The position numbers were made by a program, and so were the translations under genes. From positions 4,512,001 to 4,576,000 of the forward strand of contig OZ241867.1 in NCBI GenBank assembly GCA_965203175.1: a DNA stretch of 64,000 nucleotides, written 5' to 3'. Shown here piece after piece: positions 17,356 to 28,111 of the stretch. Origin of the DNA: Candidatus Latescibacterota bacterium. Its GTDB lineage: Bacteria > Latescibacterota > UBA2968 > UBA8231. The first letter of the stretch is position 1. Every line of letters begins with the position of its first letter. Below the pieces are notes generated by a model, which did not search any database, was not told the DNA's origin, and was given only the letters and a program-made list of their open reading frames with translations.

Positions 17356-18324
17356 TCAAGGGTCGAGCAGCCTCTCGAGAACGACCAGCCGATAGGCTCG
17401 CCCGCGCTCGGGCAAGCTCAAGTCGGCCAAGACGGCCAGTGGATACACTCCAATCTCCAGATAGCCGAGGAGAAGCTCCAAATCCGCCACTTGGATAGCG
17501 GCCACCCCACCTGAGCGCAAGACGCGCGCTAGCTCAGCTAGCAGCGCGGCGCAATCGCCCGCAGCAAAGCCAAACGCATAGTCGATGCAGTCCTCTACCA
17601 AGGGCAGACGATCCAGATCTGCGATTACGCCAACCGGCCCATGCCCGCTCCCTGAGGACCGAATTCCAACTAGGACGCTCGGCTGGAAGAGCTCCTGCAA
17701 GGCGACTAGCTCGCTTGAGTCTCGGCGCGCCCACAGGACGCATGCCCCCGACTGCATGGCCACCAAGCGGGCCAAGCAATACGCCACAGCCGCATTAGGT
17801 GCAGTGCCCACCCCTAGCCGCAACCCCAACAGGGCGCGCCGCCTAGTCAGTTGCAAGTGTAGTCGCAGCAGATGCGGCCCTTTGCCTAGACGCAATCCGT
17901 GCTGATCGCGCAAAACCGCTGCCACGGCTGCGGTTAGCTCGGCTGAACTGAACCGATACCGGCCCTGCAGCGTCGCGCTCAGAGCAAAAGCATCGGTGTC
18001 TATCTCAGTGGATTGGGCCTGCGCGAGGCTTTTGACTGGCGTCAGATCGCAACGAGCGATGCGCTTGCAGATGTATTCAAGACCCGGTCGGCCCACTGTA
18101 ACGCCGTGCATCTGGCTGATTAGACCGGAACAGTGCATGGCCGAGCACAATTGTAGCAGCCGTCCCGGGCTGCGCTTGTACGTGAAGAAAATCTGGCCTA
18201 CGCGCCCACCCGGTTCGACTTCGACCTGCTGTACCTCGGGCGCATACTCGCGCAACTCGTCGAGTGCCACCGCCTCCAACCCGCTCGGCACCGCGATCCA
18301 ATAGCGATAGATCTTGTCGGCCAT
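17356..18324 (-). CDS. THUMP-domain RNA methyltransferase-like protein (degenerate SAM motif)
   Basis: PSGLEAVALDEL N-terminus, THUMP-like middle, AAVAYCLARL, C-terminal ADLDRLPL...ELARVLRSGG; no DPxxGxG. Confidence 0.6.
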   Translation of the reverse strand: MADKIYRYWIAVPSGLEAVALDELREYAPEVQQVEVEPGGRVGQIFFTYKRSPGRLLQLCSAMHCSGLISQMHGVTVGRPGLEYICKRIARCDLTPVKSLAQAQSTEIDTDAFALSATLQGRYRFSSAELTAAVAAVLRDQHGLRLGKGPHLLRLHLQLTRRRALLGLRLGVGTAPNAAVAYCLARLVAMQSGACVLWARRDSSELVALQELFQPSVLVGIRSSGSGHGPVGVIADLDRLPLVEDCIDYAFGFAAGDCAALLAELARVLRSGGVAAIQVADLELLLGYLEIGVYPLAVLADLSLPERGRAYRLVVLERLLDP

Positions 18325-19685
18325 TACTCAGCGCGTCCAGTGGGCACAAGCGGCCCCAATACTGAGGCTGGACTGCACTGCATCGCGCTCAGGTGCGCTG
18401 GCGACAAGCAGCTATCCAGTACCTCAATGATATCGCCGACCGCGACCTGCTCGTGTACGTCAAAATAGACGCTGGGGAGAGCCCCGCTGGCTGCGGCCGA
18501 GCAGAGCATATCGGCCACGTCCTCAGTTTGCTCCCACGCGCGCAGCAGCAGGCCGTAAGCTTTGCGCTTGGCGCGGCCCAAATCCGCGGAGACAATGCAC
18601 TCATCAAGGCTGGCCAAGGCGGTGCTTATTTCCTCGCGCAACCGCTCGCTCTGTTGGGTATATCCGCCCACTGTGCAAAAGCAGAACGTCGGCTCGGCAT
18701 AAACCTCGGCTCCAAAGGCATCGCCATCTATCAGACCATCTTCGTAGTGCGCGGCAAAAAAATTGCTCGCCGGCCCCAAGGCGATGTCTAAGGCCAATTC
18801 TAAGGCCAACTCCCGCAAGAGCAAATCGCGGCCCGATTGGCCCGCCTTATCGTCGCCGAAAAACAGCAAGGTATAGGGTCGGCTGACCGGGAGTGCCAAG
18901 TCCCCAAGGGGCTGCGGAGCTGGCAAAACCACCGGTCGCTCCACGCGGTTCCATGCGGAGCGCGGTCGGCTGTGCTTTAGCAAGTTGGACTCGACTGCCG
19001 CGCAAGTATCCTCTACGTCGAAATCTCCGCACAGATACAGCCCCATGTATTCGGGCTGGTAAAAGACTTCGTGACAGCGAGTTAGCGCAGCCACATCGAT
19101 CTGCCCGATGCTCTCCCTCGTGCCGGCCATGTCCCACGCCAAGGGGACATCCCTGTACAGTGCCTTGAGGCCGTGTAAAAATCCGATCCACTCCGGGTCG
19201 TCGCAGCTTATCTGTAACTCGTGGTCGATGATTTCGCGCTCTTGAGCGACACCGTCTGGCAGGACGTGCAGGTCCAACGCGAGTTCAAAGAGCAACGCTA
19301 AATGGTCGGCAAAATGCTCAATGCACGTCAGAGAAAAAACGGTTGAAGTAAAACTGGTGCTGGCGTTTACGTCGCCGCCGAGGCGGTTGATTTGCTCAGT
19401 GATGTCGCCGTAGGGTTTGGCAAAAAGGCGGTGTTCGAGAAAGTGCGCCGTACCAGCAGGCGTCGTCTGCACCTTTCCAGAGTCACGGGCACGCAGATGC
19501 AGATCAACCGAGCCGTAGTCTATGTACAGCACGGCCGCTTTTTGCCGACTACCTAGCCGCGGTACTGCCCATACATCGAGGCCACATCCTAAGCGGTTGT
19601 GGTGTACAACTTCCCCCAATAGCGCATCCGCGATCACGTTCTTACGTCCCGTGCAATAGAAAAGCCGTGTCCGCTGCGATGCCAT
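18324..19685 (-). CDS. M16 family zinc peptidase, YmfH-like (active subunit)
   Basis: YGSVD, PAGTAHFLEHRLF (HxxEH), NASTSF, EREIIDHE; exact start uncertain. Confidence 0.88.
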   Translation of the reverse strand: MASQRTRLFYCTGRKNVIADALLGEVVHHNRLGCGLDVWAVPRLGSRQKAAVLYIDYGSVDLHLRARDSGKVQTTPAGTAHFLEHRLFAKPYGDITEQINRLGGDVNASTSFTSTVFSLTCIEHFADHLALLFELALDLHVLPDGVAQEREIIDHELQISCDDPEWIGFLHGLKALYRDVPLAWDMAGTRESIGQIDVAALTRCHEVFYQPEYMGLYLCGDFDVEDTCAAVESNLLKHSRPRSAWNRVERPVVLPAPQPLGDLALPVSRPYTLLFFGDDKAGQSGRDLLLRELALELALDIALGPASNFFAAHYEDGLIDGDAFGAEVYAEPTFCFCTVGGYTQQSERLREEISTALASLDECIVSADLGRAKRKAYGLLLRAWEQTEDVADMLCSAAASGALPSVYFDVHEQVAVGDIIEVLDSCLSPAHLSAMQCSPASVLGPLVPTGRAE

Positions 19686-20913
19686 CGGCCACGTGGGCTA
19701 GCTCTTCGACGCCGACTTGCTCAATGAGCTGCCACAGCGCTTGTGGGGACTGGCTACCCCCTGTCAGACCTTCCCGCAATTGATAGCGAAAAAAGCCCTC
19801 ACGGTCTTCGGCTAGCCCCAACAGCCGCGCTTTGAGCAGGTGCCGAGCCACTTCAATCTCCTGGGGATCAACAACCCCAGAGCGCAGCGCTTGGAGCTCT
19901 TGTTCCACCTTATCCCGAACCTCGGAGTACGCAGCGGCTTCAATGCCCGCGGCCACAAAGAGTAGCCCGCTCAATGCCTCGATATGCGATGCAATGTAGT
20001 AGCACAAACCCTCTTCTTCGCGGAGGTGTTTGAACAGCCGCGATGGACCGTCGCCGCCGAGCATCAGGTTCAGGAGAACCAAAGCCGGATAGTCGTCGGT
20101 GCCGTCCGTACCATAAGCAACTTGGGTGCGATAGCCCAACACCATTTTTGCCTCTCGCACCTCTTGACATTCAAAAATCTCACGCTGCGAACCAGCAATG
20201 CTCAGGCGTGGCGGCTGGCGCTGGGGTTGGCTCGACGCACGCTCCCAAGTAAAAAGAGACTCCATCAAGGGCTGAATCTGCTCCAAGCGCAGATCGCCGC
20301 TTACGAAAAGATCTAGGCGATCAACAGCCGTCCGCTCGCGGTGGAAAGCCCACAACTCGGCGGCTTGCACGGCGGCAAAGTCTGCGGGGTTGCCCAGCGG
20401 CGACAGGCCCATGGGTTCGCCCCGGCACATCTCTTCGCTGCACCGCCTTTGTGCGTAGCCTAGTTTGTCGTTGAAGCCATCGGTGATTTGCCGCGCGAGG
20501 CGGTGTTTTTCTCGCTCTAGATAATCGGGCTGGAACCCGCTGCCATCGCGGAGGACATCGCGCAGAAAAGTCAACCCTCGCGCCAGTATACCCTTCTCCC
20601 CAAGGAAGTTATCATCTATAACCTCCAGACATAAATGAACAAACTGATACTCTCCTAAGCGATCGACTTGCACCGAGTAATGCGCTCCGTAGAGATCGTC
20701 GATGAAGCGGTTGAGGCCCTGGATATTGGGCAGCTTGTGCGTACCCCGTGCCAACAGTTGGCCGCTCAGAGCCACGAGCGAATGTCTCGGCGCACACAGC
20801 GGCGTGCTCAGACACACATCCACCCGGATCGTCTTGTATAGCCCAATGCTATGCAGATGTAAATAGACGCCGTCCGCAAGTTGGACGAGGGTGAGTTCGC
20901 CTGCGGTGTGCAT
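19642..20913 (-). CDS. M16 family peptidase, YmfF-like (inactive subunit)
   Basis: YKT, LYGA, MVLGYR, LLNLMLGGDGPSRLF..LRE..GLCYY; no HxxEH; start set at ATG 20913. Confidence 0.85.
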   Translation of the reverse strand: MHTAGELTLVQLADGVYLHLHSIGLYKTIRVDVCLSTPLCAPRHSLVALSGQLLARGTHKLPNIQGLNRFIDDLYGAHYSVQVDRLGEYQFVHLCLEVIDDNFLGEKGILARGLTFLRDVLRDGSGFQPDYLEREKHRLARQITDGFNDKLGYAQRRCSEEMCRGEPMGLSPLGNPADFAAVQAAELWAFHRERTAVDRLDLFVSGDLRLEQIQPLMESLFTWERASSQPQRQPPRLSIAGSQREIFECQEVREAKMVLGYRTQVAYGTDGTDDYPALVLLNLMLGGDGPSRLFKHLREEEGLCYYIASHIEALSGLLFVAAGIEAAAYSEVRDKVEQELQALRSGVVDPQEIEVARHLLKARLLGLAEDREGFFRYQLREGLTGGSQSPQALWQLIEQVGVEELAHVADGIAADTAFLLHGT

Positions 20914-20953
20914 TGGCGCGTAGTATCCTTCTTGGTTTAGTTTGGCAAGCCGC

Positions 20954-21706
20954 ATGAATCCTCTCGACAACATCCGCGTCGTGCTCGTCGAGCCGGCGAC
21001 GCCCGGCAATATCGGCGCTACGGCTCGCGTGCTCAAAACCACGGGTATAAGCCAGTTGGCCTTGGTCAATCCCGGAGCATGGGACACGCCGGAAGCGCGT
21101 GCCTTTGCCCACGGCGCGGGCGATATTCTCGATGGCAGCCAGGTTTTTCCCAGCCTAGCCGCGGCCGTAGCCGATTGCCACATCGTCGTCGGCACGACCC
21201 ATCGACAGGGCCGCTTCCGCGCGGTTACTTCCGCGCCACAATCCCTGATTGCCCAACTAGCCTCCCAAATACATCACCGCCGAATCGCCCTTGTATTCGG
21301 ACGCGAAAGGGACGGCTTGTGGCATGAGGAACTCGCGCTCTGTCATCAGGTGCTGAGGTTCCCTACAGCCGTGGCTTATCCTTCCCTCAACCTCTCTCAC
21401 GCCGTGCTCCTGTTCACTTATGGCCTGTATGCGGCCGCGAGCGAAAAACCACCGGATCCGCCCGTGCAACTGGCTACGGCTGGCGAACGCGAGCGAATGT
21501 TCGCTCAGATCCTGCAAGCCCTTGCCGAGATAGAGTTTACCCCGTACAACAACAAGCCGGAGCACTTCGGTCGAGTGCTGCGCCGCTTCTTCAACAAGGT
21601 CGATTTGGAAGTTCGCGATGTGCGGGCGATTCAGACGATATGCGGCCAGATCCGCAAGTTCAGCCACCGCTATCGCCGCAGTGCCGGGCGCACTGGGGCC
21701 GACTGA
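20954..21706 (+). CDS. trmJ: SPOUT tRNA methyltransferase, TrmJ family
   Basis: [39 protein letters not shown]. Confidence 0.88.
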   Translation: MNPLDNIRVVLVEPATPGNIGATARVLKTTGISQLALVNPGAWDTPEARAFAHGAGDILDGSQVFPSLAAAVADCHIVVGTTHRQGRFRAVTSAPQSLIAQLASQIHHRRIALVFGRERDGLWHEELALCHQVLRFPTAVAYPSLNLSHAVLLFTYGLYAAASEKPPDPPVQLATAGERERMFAQILQALAEIEFTPYNNKPEHFGRVLRRFFNKVDLEVRDVRAIQTICGQIRKFSHRYRRSAGRTGAD

Positions 21707-22668
21707 TGGGCCACCTGTTCCAAGTCCCAGTCAACCATCTGCTGGACCATTTCCTCAAAGCCGACCTCGGGCTCCCAACCGAGTTTTTCCCGCGCCTTAG
21801 TCGCATCGCCCAACAGGGTATACACCTCTGCGGGGCGCAAAAAACGCTCATCCAGGACCACGTATTGCCGCCAGTCCAAGCCGGCGTGGGCAAAGGCAAC
21901 CTCGCAGAATTCGCCAATGGTGCGGGAGGAACCCGTGGCGATGACGTAATCGTCGGGTTCGTCCTGCTGGAGCATCATCCACATTGCGCGGACAAAGTCG
22001 CCCGCATAGCCCCAATCGCGGCGAGGAGCTAGGTCGCCAAGACGCAGCTCTTGGTCCAGCCCGCATTTGATGCGGGCTACGCCATGCGTGATTTTGCGGG
22101 TGACGAATTCGCGCCCACGGCGCGGCGACTCGTGATTGAAGAGAATGCCCGTGCAGGCGAACAGACCGTAGCTTTCGCGATAGTTGATGGTGATCCAATG
22201 TGCGTAGAGCTTGGACACCCCGTAGGGCGAACGCGGATAGAAAGCCGTTTGCTCGTTCTGCGGCGATTCCTGTGCGTTGCCGAATAGCTCGCTGGTGCTG
22301 GCTTGGTAAAAGCGGATGTTCTCGTCGCAGGCGCGGATGGCTTCAAGCAGCCGCGTCACGCCCAAGCCGGTGATCTCGCCGGTCAACATGGGCTGTTCCC
22401 AAGAGACCGGTATAAAGGACTGGGCACCTAGATTGTACACCTCCTGCGGCCGTGCGGTTTGCAGCGCCGAAATCAATGACTTCTGGTCTAACAGATCGCC
22501 GGAGATCAACTCGATTTTGTCCTGCAAGTGGCCGATCCGCTCGAAATTGACCGTGCTACTACGGCGCACCAGCCCGAAGACCTCATAGCCCTTTTCCAGC
22601 AGCAATTCGGCTAAGTACGAACCGTCTTGGCCGGTAATTCCAGTGATTAGGGCGCGCTTTGGGCTCAT
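21670..22668 (-). CDS. gmd: GDP-mannose 4,6-dehydratase
   Basis: [48 protein letters not shown]. Confidence 0.97.
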   Translation of the reverse strand: MSPKRALITGITGQDGSYLAELLLEKGYEVFGLVRRSSTVNFERIGHLQDKIELISGDLLDQKSLISALQTARPQEVYNLGAQSFIPVSWEQPMLTGEITGLGVTRLLEAIRACDENIRFYQASTSELFGNAQESPQNEQTAFYPRSPYGVSKLYAHWITINYRESYGLFACTGILFNHESPRRGREFVTRKITHGVARIKCGLDQELRLGDLAPRRDWGYAGDFVRAMWMMLQQDEPDDYVIATGSSRTIGEFCEVAFAHAGLDWRQYVVLDERFLRPAEVYTLLGDATKAREKLGWEPEVGFEEMVQQMVDWDLEQVAHQSAPVRPALRR

Positions 22669-22669
22669 T

Positions 22670-25522
22670 TCATTCCTCTTGTGAATACGTTTCTATAGGC
22701 GGACAGGAACAGATCAAGTTGCGATCGCCCTGCGCGTCGTTCAGTCGCCCTACGGCCGGCCAAAATTTGCGCTCCAATAGCCAAGGAGCCGGCAGGGCGG
22801 CGACAGTTCTAGAATAGGGCCGATCCCACTCGTCGGCCAGCACGACATCCACAGGGTGCGGCGCGTGGACGAGCGGGTTGTTGGTGGGGTCCATCTCTCC
22901 GACAGCTACTTGTCGGATTTCTTCGCCAATGGCGATCATGGCCTCGCAAAACCGGTCCAACTCGGCCTTGGATTCGCTCTCAGTAGGTTCGACCATCAGG
23001 GTTCCGACGACCGGGAAGGATACCGTAGGTGCGTGGAACCCATAGTCCATCAATCGCTTGGCTACGTCTTCTACGCCAATGCCGTGCTCCCGCGCCCAGC
23101 GCAAGTCGAGGATACACTCGTGGGCCACGCGCTCATTGTGCCCTTTGTATAGCACGGGAAAGGAATCGGCGAGGCGAGTGCTCAGATAATTGGCATTGAG
23201 AATCGCCACCTTCGTCGCCTCGGTGAGGCCCGCACCGCCCATCAGCCGCAAGTACGCCCAAGATATGAGCAGAATCGAGGCACTGCCCCACGGAGCGGCC
23301 GCAATGGGGCCGATCGACTCAGCCCCGCCAGTATAGATGAGGGGGTGCGAGGGCAAGAACTCCACTAAGTGCTCGGCCACGGCAATGGGCCCCATCCCCG
23401 GGCCGCCCCCGCCGTGGGGAATGCAGAAGGTCTTGTGCAAATTCAAATGACACACGTCAATGCCGATTTCCCCGGGCCGGCACAATCCCACCAAGGCATT
23501 CATATTGGCACCGTCCATATAGACCTGGCCGCCTGCTTGGTGGACAACCGCGCAGATTTCGCCAATGGCCTCTTCAAACACCCCGTGGGTCGAGGGGTAC
23601 GTCACCATTAAGGCCGCCAGCCGCTCGCGATGTGCGTCGGCTTTCGCCCGCAGGTCCGCCAAGTCGATATTGCCCTCGGCGTCACAGGCGACGACGACCA
23701 CGTCCAAGCCGGCCATAGCCGCGCTAGCTGGATTTGTTCCATGAGCCGAGGCCGGAATGAGGCAGACGTTCCGCTGGACCTCCCCGCACATCCGGTGGTA
23801 TTTGCGCACGATGAGTAGGCCAGCGTACTCGCCCTGCGAACCCGCGTTGGGTTGCAGCGAAATGCCCTTGAGGCCGGTGATTTCGCGCAGCATGTTCTCC
23901 ATTTCGGCAAAAACTGCCGCGTACCCTTGGGCTTGCTCTACGGGTGCAAATGGATGCAGCCCAGCGAACTCGGGCCAAGTAATCGCCATCATTTCTGCAG
24001 TCGCATTAAGCTTCATAGTACACGAGCCGAGGGGAATCATCGCGTGGACCAAGGACAGGTCCTTGGCTTCGAGCCGGCGCATGTAGCGCATCATTTCGGT
24101 CTCGGAGTGATGCGTAGCAAAGACGGGATGCTCCATGAAGCGCGAATGGCGGACGTGATCAGGCCTCCAAGCAGGCCCTTCACCGACTTCGGTGGGCAAC
24201 TTGCCACCCAGCAAGGTGAGGATGGCTTGCAAATCTTCCTTGTGGGTTGTTTCGTCGAGGGCAATGCCCCAATGCCCGTCCCCCAGATCGCGGAAGTTCA
24301 TCCCCTCGGCCCGCGCCTGCACCAACAACTCGTCTCCCCGCGCTCCCACTTCAACGCGTAGCACGTCGAAATACTGGTCGTGGACGACTCGGTAACCAGC
24401 TTCCTCCAACCCTCGGGCGAGCACCTGTGCCTGGAGGTGTATGCGGTGAGCCATGCGCTGCAAGCCGTCCGGCCCGTGATAGACCGCGTACATGCTCGCC
24501 ACCACGGCTGGCAAAACCTCGGCCGTGCAGATGTTACTCGTAGCCCGTTCTCGTTTGATGTGCTGTTCGCGGGTTTGCAAGGCCATGCGCAGGGCAGGCT
24601 GGCCGCGGACATCCTCAGAGACGCCAATGATACGCCCAGGCACCTGCCGCTGGAACTCGGGCCGCGTCGCCAAAAAGGCTGCGTGCGGACCGCCGTATCC
24701 CATCGGCATGCCAAAGCGCTGCGCGCTCCCAATGGCCGCATCGGCTCCAAACTCCCCAGGAGGTCGCAGCAAACACAGAGCGAGCAAATCAACCGCCACA
24801 CACACCAGAGTCTGATGGGCGTGAGCTTGAGCACAGAACTCAGCGTAGTCGTGTAGAGCGCCGTCTGAGGCTGGGTACTGGAGCAGAGCGGCGAAGGCCC
24901 CGGACGCAAAATCCCATTTTCGATGATCGCCCACTACGACCTCCCACCCACGAGATTCGGCCCGGACCTTGACCACCTCTATGGTTTGCGGGTGGCAAGC
25001 CGACGAGACAAAGACGCGCTGGCTCGCGTTTTTCTTTTGCACCGCCCGTAGCATCGCGATGGCTTCAGCTGCGGCCGTGGCTTCGTCCAACAGGGAGGCA
25101 TTGGCCAGGGCAAAACCAGTCAAGTCGCCGACCATAGTTTGGAAGTTGAGCAGGGCCTCTAGCCGCCCTTGGGCGATTTCTGACTGGTAGGGCGTGTACT
25201 GGGTGTACCAGCCTGGATTCTCCAAGATGTTGCGCTGGATCACTGGAGGGATTATGCAATCCGAGTAGCCCATGCCGATAAAACTGCGGTGTATGCGATT
25301 CTGGCCGGCTAATTCGCGCAACCTACTCATCAGCTCGTACTCACTGATGCCTTTTCCTAGCGCTAAGGGATCTTGCATCCGAATCGCTGCCGGCAGGGAC
25401 TCGGCCATGAGATCGTCCAAGCTGTCAGCTCCCACAGCCGCGAGCATGGCGGCTACATCTGCCGCCGCAGGGCCGATATGCCGGCGGACAAAAGCATCGC
25501 TAGGTCCAAATTCGTCGCCCAT
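22670..25522 (-). CDS. gcvP: Glycine dehydrogenase (decarboxylating), single chain
   Basis: [50 protein letters not shown]. Confidence 0.98.
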   Translation of the reverse strand: MGDEFGPSDAFVRRHIGPAAADVAAMLAAVGADSLDDLMAESLPAAIRMQDPLALGKGISEYELMSRLRELAGQNRIHRSFIGMGYSDCIIPPVIQRNILENPGWYTQYTPYQSEIAQGRLEALLNFQTMVGDLTGFALANASLLDEATAAAEAIAMLRAVQKKNASQRVFVSSACHPQTIEVVKVRAESRGWEVVVGDHRKWDFASGAFAALLQYPASDGALHDYAEFCAQAHAHQTLVCVAVDLLALCLLRPPGEFGADAAIGSAQRFGMPMGYGGPHAAFLATRPEFQRQVPGRIIGVSEDVRGQPALRMALQTREQHIKRERATSNICTAEVLPAVVASMYAVYHGPDGLQRMAHRIHLQAQVLARGLEEAGYRVVHDQYFDVLRVEVGARGDELLVQARAEGMNFRDLGDGHWGIALDETTHKEDLQAILTLLGGKLPTEVGEGPAWRPDHVRHSRFMEHPVFATHHSETEMMRYMRRLEAKDLSLVHAMIPLGSCTMKLNATAEMMAITWPEFAGLHPFAPVEQAQGYAAVFAEMENMLREITGLKGISLQPNAGSQGEYAGLLIVRKYHRMCGEVQRNVCLIPASAHGTNPASAAMAGLDVVVVACDAEGNIDLADLRAKADAHRERLAALMVTYPSTHGVFEEAIGEICAVVHQAGGQVYMDGANMNALVGLCRPGEIGIDVCHLNLHKTFCIPHGGGGPGMGPIAVAEHLVEFLPSHPLIYTGGAESIGPIAAAPWGSASILLISWAYLRLMGGAGLTEATKVAILNANYLSTRLADSFPVLYKGHNERVAHECILDLRWAREHGIGVEDVAKRLMDYGFHAPTVSFPVVGTLMVEPTESESKAELDRFCEAMIAIGEEIRQVAVGEMDPTNNPLVHAPHPVDVVLADEWDRPYSRTVAALPAPWLLERKFWPAVGRLNDAQGDRNLICSCPPIETYSQEE

Positions 25523-25545
25523 GCGACCTCCGTTGCATAAGACTT

Positions 25546-26655
25546 TCAGTCCTTTTTAGGGGCCGAAGGTACAAAGGGCAGCTTGACCACCACGGCGGGT
25601 TGCCGCTTGCCCTTCATGTCAATGTACACATGAGTGCCTATTTTTTGCGCGCCGCGCTGTAAATAGGCCAGCCCGATTCCCTCGCCGAGCACCGGCGAGT
25701 GCGTCCCACTGGTCACGGTACCCACCTGCTCCTCGCGCAGGTCTAAAACCGGATAATCCGACCGGGGAATGCCCCTTTCCAGCATGCGGAATCCGCGCAA
25801 ACGGCGATAGCCTCCAACCGCTCGCTGTGCCCGCAGCGCCTCGGCCCCAACAAAATTCGCTTCTTTTTCCAAGTCCAGGGTCCAAGACAAACCCGCTTCT
25901 AGAGGAGTCGTCTGCTCGTTCAATTCGCTTCCATAGAGGCAAAAACCCATTTCGAGGCGCAAGGTGTCGCGCGCGCCTAGTCCACAAGGCTGGGCACCGG
26001 CTGCGCGGAGTTTCGCCCACAGCGCGGCGACTTGGTCGGCCGAGCACATGATCTCAAATCCATCTTCTCCAGTGTAGCCATTGCGGCTGAGTAACGCTCG
26101 TATCCCGGCGATCCCCATCACTGCGCAGCGATAGTACCCTAGCGCCACGCCAGCCGGTCCAGCGAGTGCTTCAATCAGGGCGGCAGCCCGTGGTCCCTGC
26201 ACCGCCACCATGCCCTGTTCATCGCTCAAATCCTCGATTTCCACATCCGACCACCCGGCTGCGCGCGAGGTAATCCACTGCCAGTCAGTAGCCTTACGGC
26301 TCGCATTGACCACCAAGAGGTACTCCTGCTGTGCGAGTCGGTACACTACCAGATCGTCCACGCATCCACCCTGTTCATTGCACAGCGGTGCGTAGAGCAT
26401 CTGGCCGATGGTCAATTCGCGCACCCGCGCCGGCAAGAGGCTGTCGAGAAAAGCCAACCCGAGCCCCCCGGAAACGGCGATCCGGCCCATGTGCGAGATG
26501 TCGAACAGTCCGGCCTCTCGGCGCACCGCCCAGTGTTCGCTGCGGATACCCTCGAACTGGACCGGCATTTCCCACCCCCCAAAAGGTGCCATGCGCCCGC
26601 CTTCGGCCACAGCGACTTCATAGAGAGGTGTCCGCTGCAAACGCTCATTTGTCAT
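25546..26655 (-). CDS. gcvT: Glycine cleavage system aminomethyltransferase T
   Basis: [40 protein letters not shown]. Confidence 0.97.
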   Translation of the reverse strand: MTNERLQRTPLYEVAVAEGGRMAPFGGWEMPVQFEGIRSEHWAVRREAGLFDISHMGRIAVSGGLGLAFLDSLLPARVRELTIGQMLYAPLCNEQGGCVDDLVVYRLAQQEYLLVVNASRKATDWQWITSRAAGWSDVEIEDLSDEQGMVAVQGPRAAALIEALAGPAGVALGYYRCAVMGIAGIRALLSRNGYTGEDGFEIMCSADQVAALWAKLRAAGAQPCGLGARDTLRLEMGFCLYGSELNEQTTPLEAGLSWTLDLEKEANFVGAEALRAQRAVGGYRRLRGFRMLERGIPRSDYPVLDLREEQVGTVTSGTHSPVLGEGIGLAYLQRGAQKIGTHVYIDMKGKRQPAVVVKLPFVPSAPKKD

Positions 26656-27271
26656 GACTGTCTCTTTCCTGTGCGACGCCGACGAGCTCGGCCCACAGTG
26701 CTTCCGCCTGCGCGGCGAGCGCGTCTAAGCCCTTGTTGTTGTCGATGACAAAGTCGGCGCGGGCCTTTTTTTTTCCCGGGTCCATCTGGCGGGCCATCCG
26801 TTGCCTAATCTCGCACACCGGCAAGCCGCTGCGCTCCTGCACTCGCGACACACACCGTTCCTCTTCAGCATCGACCACCACGACCCGGTCGAAGTTCCCC
26901 TCGTTTCCCCACTCGTATATCAGGGGCGCGTCAAATACCACTACTCCACCGGCGGCCTCTTCTACAGCCTGCGCCAGTCGGCGCTCTATGGCCGCTGATA
27001 GTGGCGGTCGCATAATTGTCTCTAGCTGCTGGCTCCCCTCGTCCGACCGCAGAGCGCGACGCCCCAACTCCTGGCGGTTCAAGCACCCGTCTAGACCGAG
27101 CAAATCGCGGCCGAATGCCGCTTGTAAATTCTCGACCACCGCTGGGATTATCGCCACTTCGCGGGCCACTTCGTCGGCATCAACTCGCAGTGCACCAAAT
27201 TCGACGAGTATCTGCGCCAGTGCGGACTTGCCCGCCCCCATACCGCCGGTAATGCCTACGAGCACGCGCAC
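26645..27271 (-). CDS. coaE: Dephospho-CoA kinase
   Basis: GITGGMGAGKS, DAD, DAPLIYE, RMARQ, ADFVIDN. Confidence 0.95.
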   Translation of the reverse strand: MRVLVGITGGMGAGKSALAQILVEFGALRVDADEVAREVAIIPAVVENLQAAFGRDLLGLDGCLNRQELGRRALRSDEGSQQLETIMRPPLSAAIERRLAQAVEEAAGGVVVFDAPLIYEWGNEGNFDRVVVVDAEEERCVSRVQERSGLPVCEIRQRMARQMDPGKKKARADFVIDNNKGLDALAAQAEALWAELVGVAQERDSHDK

Positions 27272-27382
27272 CTGTGGTCAGCTAGGGCCAAATAACAGAA
27301 CTCAAAGAATTGTATCACTATACCTTGCAGTGAGTTAAGGGACTGATCTTCGGTGGGCAACGACGTGCTGCGAACGGAATAA

Positions 27383-27411
27383 AATGTACCGCGCTACCCC
27401 AGCGCGGTCAA
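27383..27411 (-). promoter_or_regulatory. Promoter for coaE-gcvT-gcvP-gmd with an 8-bp perfect inverted repeat across the spacer
   Basis: TTGACC-17 nt-TACATT; ACCGCGCT-acccc-AGCGCGGT at 27388-27408. Confidence 0.65.
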
Positions 27412-27431
27412 CCGATCTATAACGGTGCCCA

Positions 27432-27460
27432 TTGACACTGTATTGGACATCGTCTATAGT
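27432..27460 (+). promoter_or_regulatory. Sigma-70 promoter for clpP
   Basis: TTGACA-17 nt-TATAGT. Confidence 0.8.
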
Positions 27461-27505
27461 CCATAAATTAGCGAATAGGCTCTCTTCTCACGAACAGAAT
27501 AGCAC

Positions 27506-28111
27506 ATGGCCATCGTACCCGTAGTAATCGAACAGACCGGCCGCGGCGAGCGCGCCTACGACATTTTCTCTCGCCTTCTCAAGGAGCGGATCATCTTCAT
27601 CAGCACTCCGATCGACGACCACGAAGCCAACCTCGTCATCGCCCAGCTGCTCTTTCTGACCTCAGAAGACCCGAAGAAAGACATCTCGCTCTACATCAAC
27701 AGCCCCGGCGGTAGCCTCACCGCCGGCTTGGCCATCTACGACACCATGAAGTACGTCCCCTGCGACGTAGCAACGCTGTGCATCGGCCAAGCGTACAGCA
27801 TGAGCGCGATTCTCCTCGCCGGCGGTACCAAGGGCAAGCGCCACGCCCTTGCTCATTCTCGGCTCATGCTGCACCAGCCCTGGGGAGGCGTTCGCGGCCA
27901 AGCAGCCGATATCGAAATCCACGCCCGCGAAATCGTCGAGTGGCGCGACCGGCTCAACCAGATCTTAGTCCAAGATACCGGTCAGCCGCTCGAGCGCATC
28001 GAGCTAGTCACCGAACGCGATTACTTTCTGTCGCCCGAAGAGGCGATCGACTTCGGACTAATCGATGGTCTGCTGGCGTCCGAAAAAGAGCTAGCAGCTC
28101 TCGTCGACTAA
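27506..28111 (+). CDS. clpP: ATP-dependent Clp protease proteolytic subunit
   Basis: [24 protein letters not shown]; Ser (AYSM), His (MLHQP) and Asp (ERD) triad present. Confidence 0.96.
   Translation: MAIVPVVIEQTGRGERAYDIFSRLLKERIIFISTPIDDHEANLVIAQLLFLTSEDPKKDISLYINSPGGSLTAGLAIYDTMKYVPCDVATLCIGQAYSMSAILLAGGTKGKRHALAHSRLMLHQPWGGVRGQAADIEIHAREIVEWRDRLNQILVQDTGQPLERIELVTERDYFLSPEEAIDFGLIDGLLASEKELAALVD

Noticed and set aside
27272-27376. Glycine riboswitch upstream of the gcv genes
   Set aside because: Only a CCGAAG fragment matches; the GGAGA and CUCUCAGG core elements are absent.
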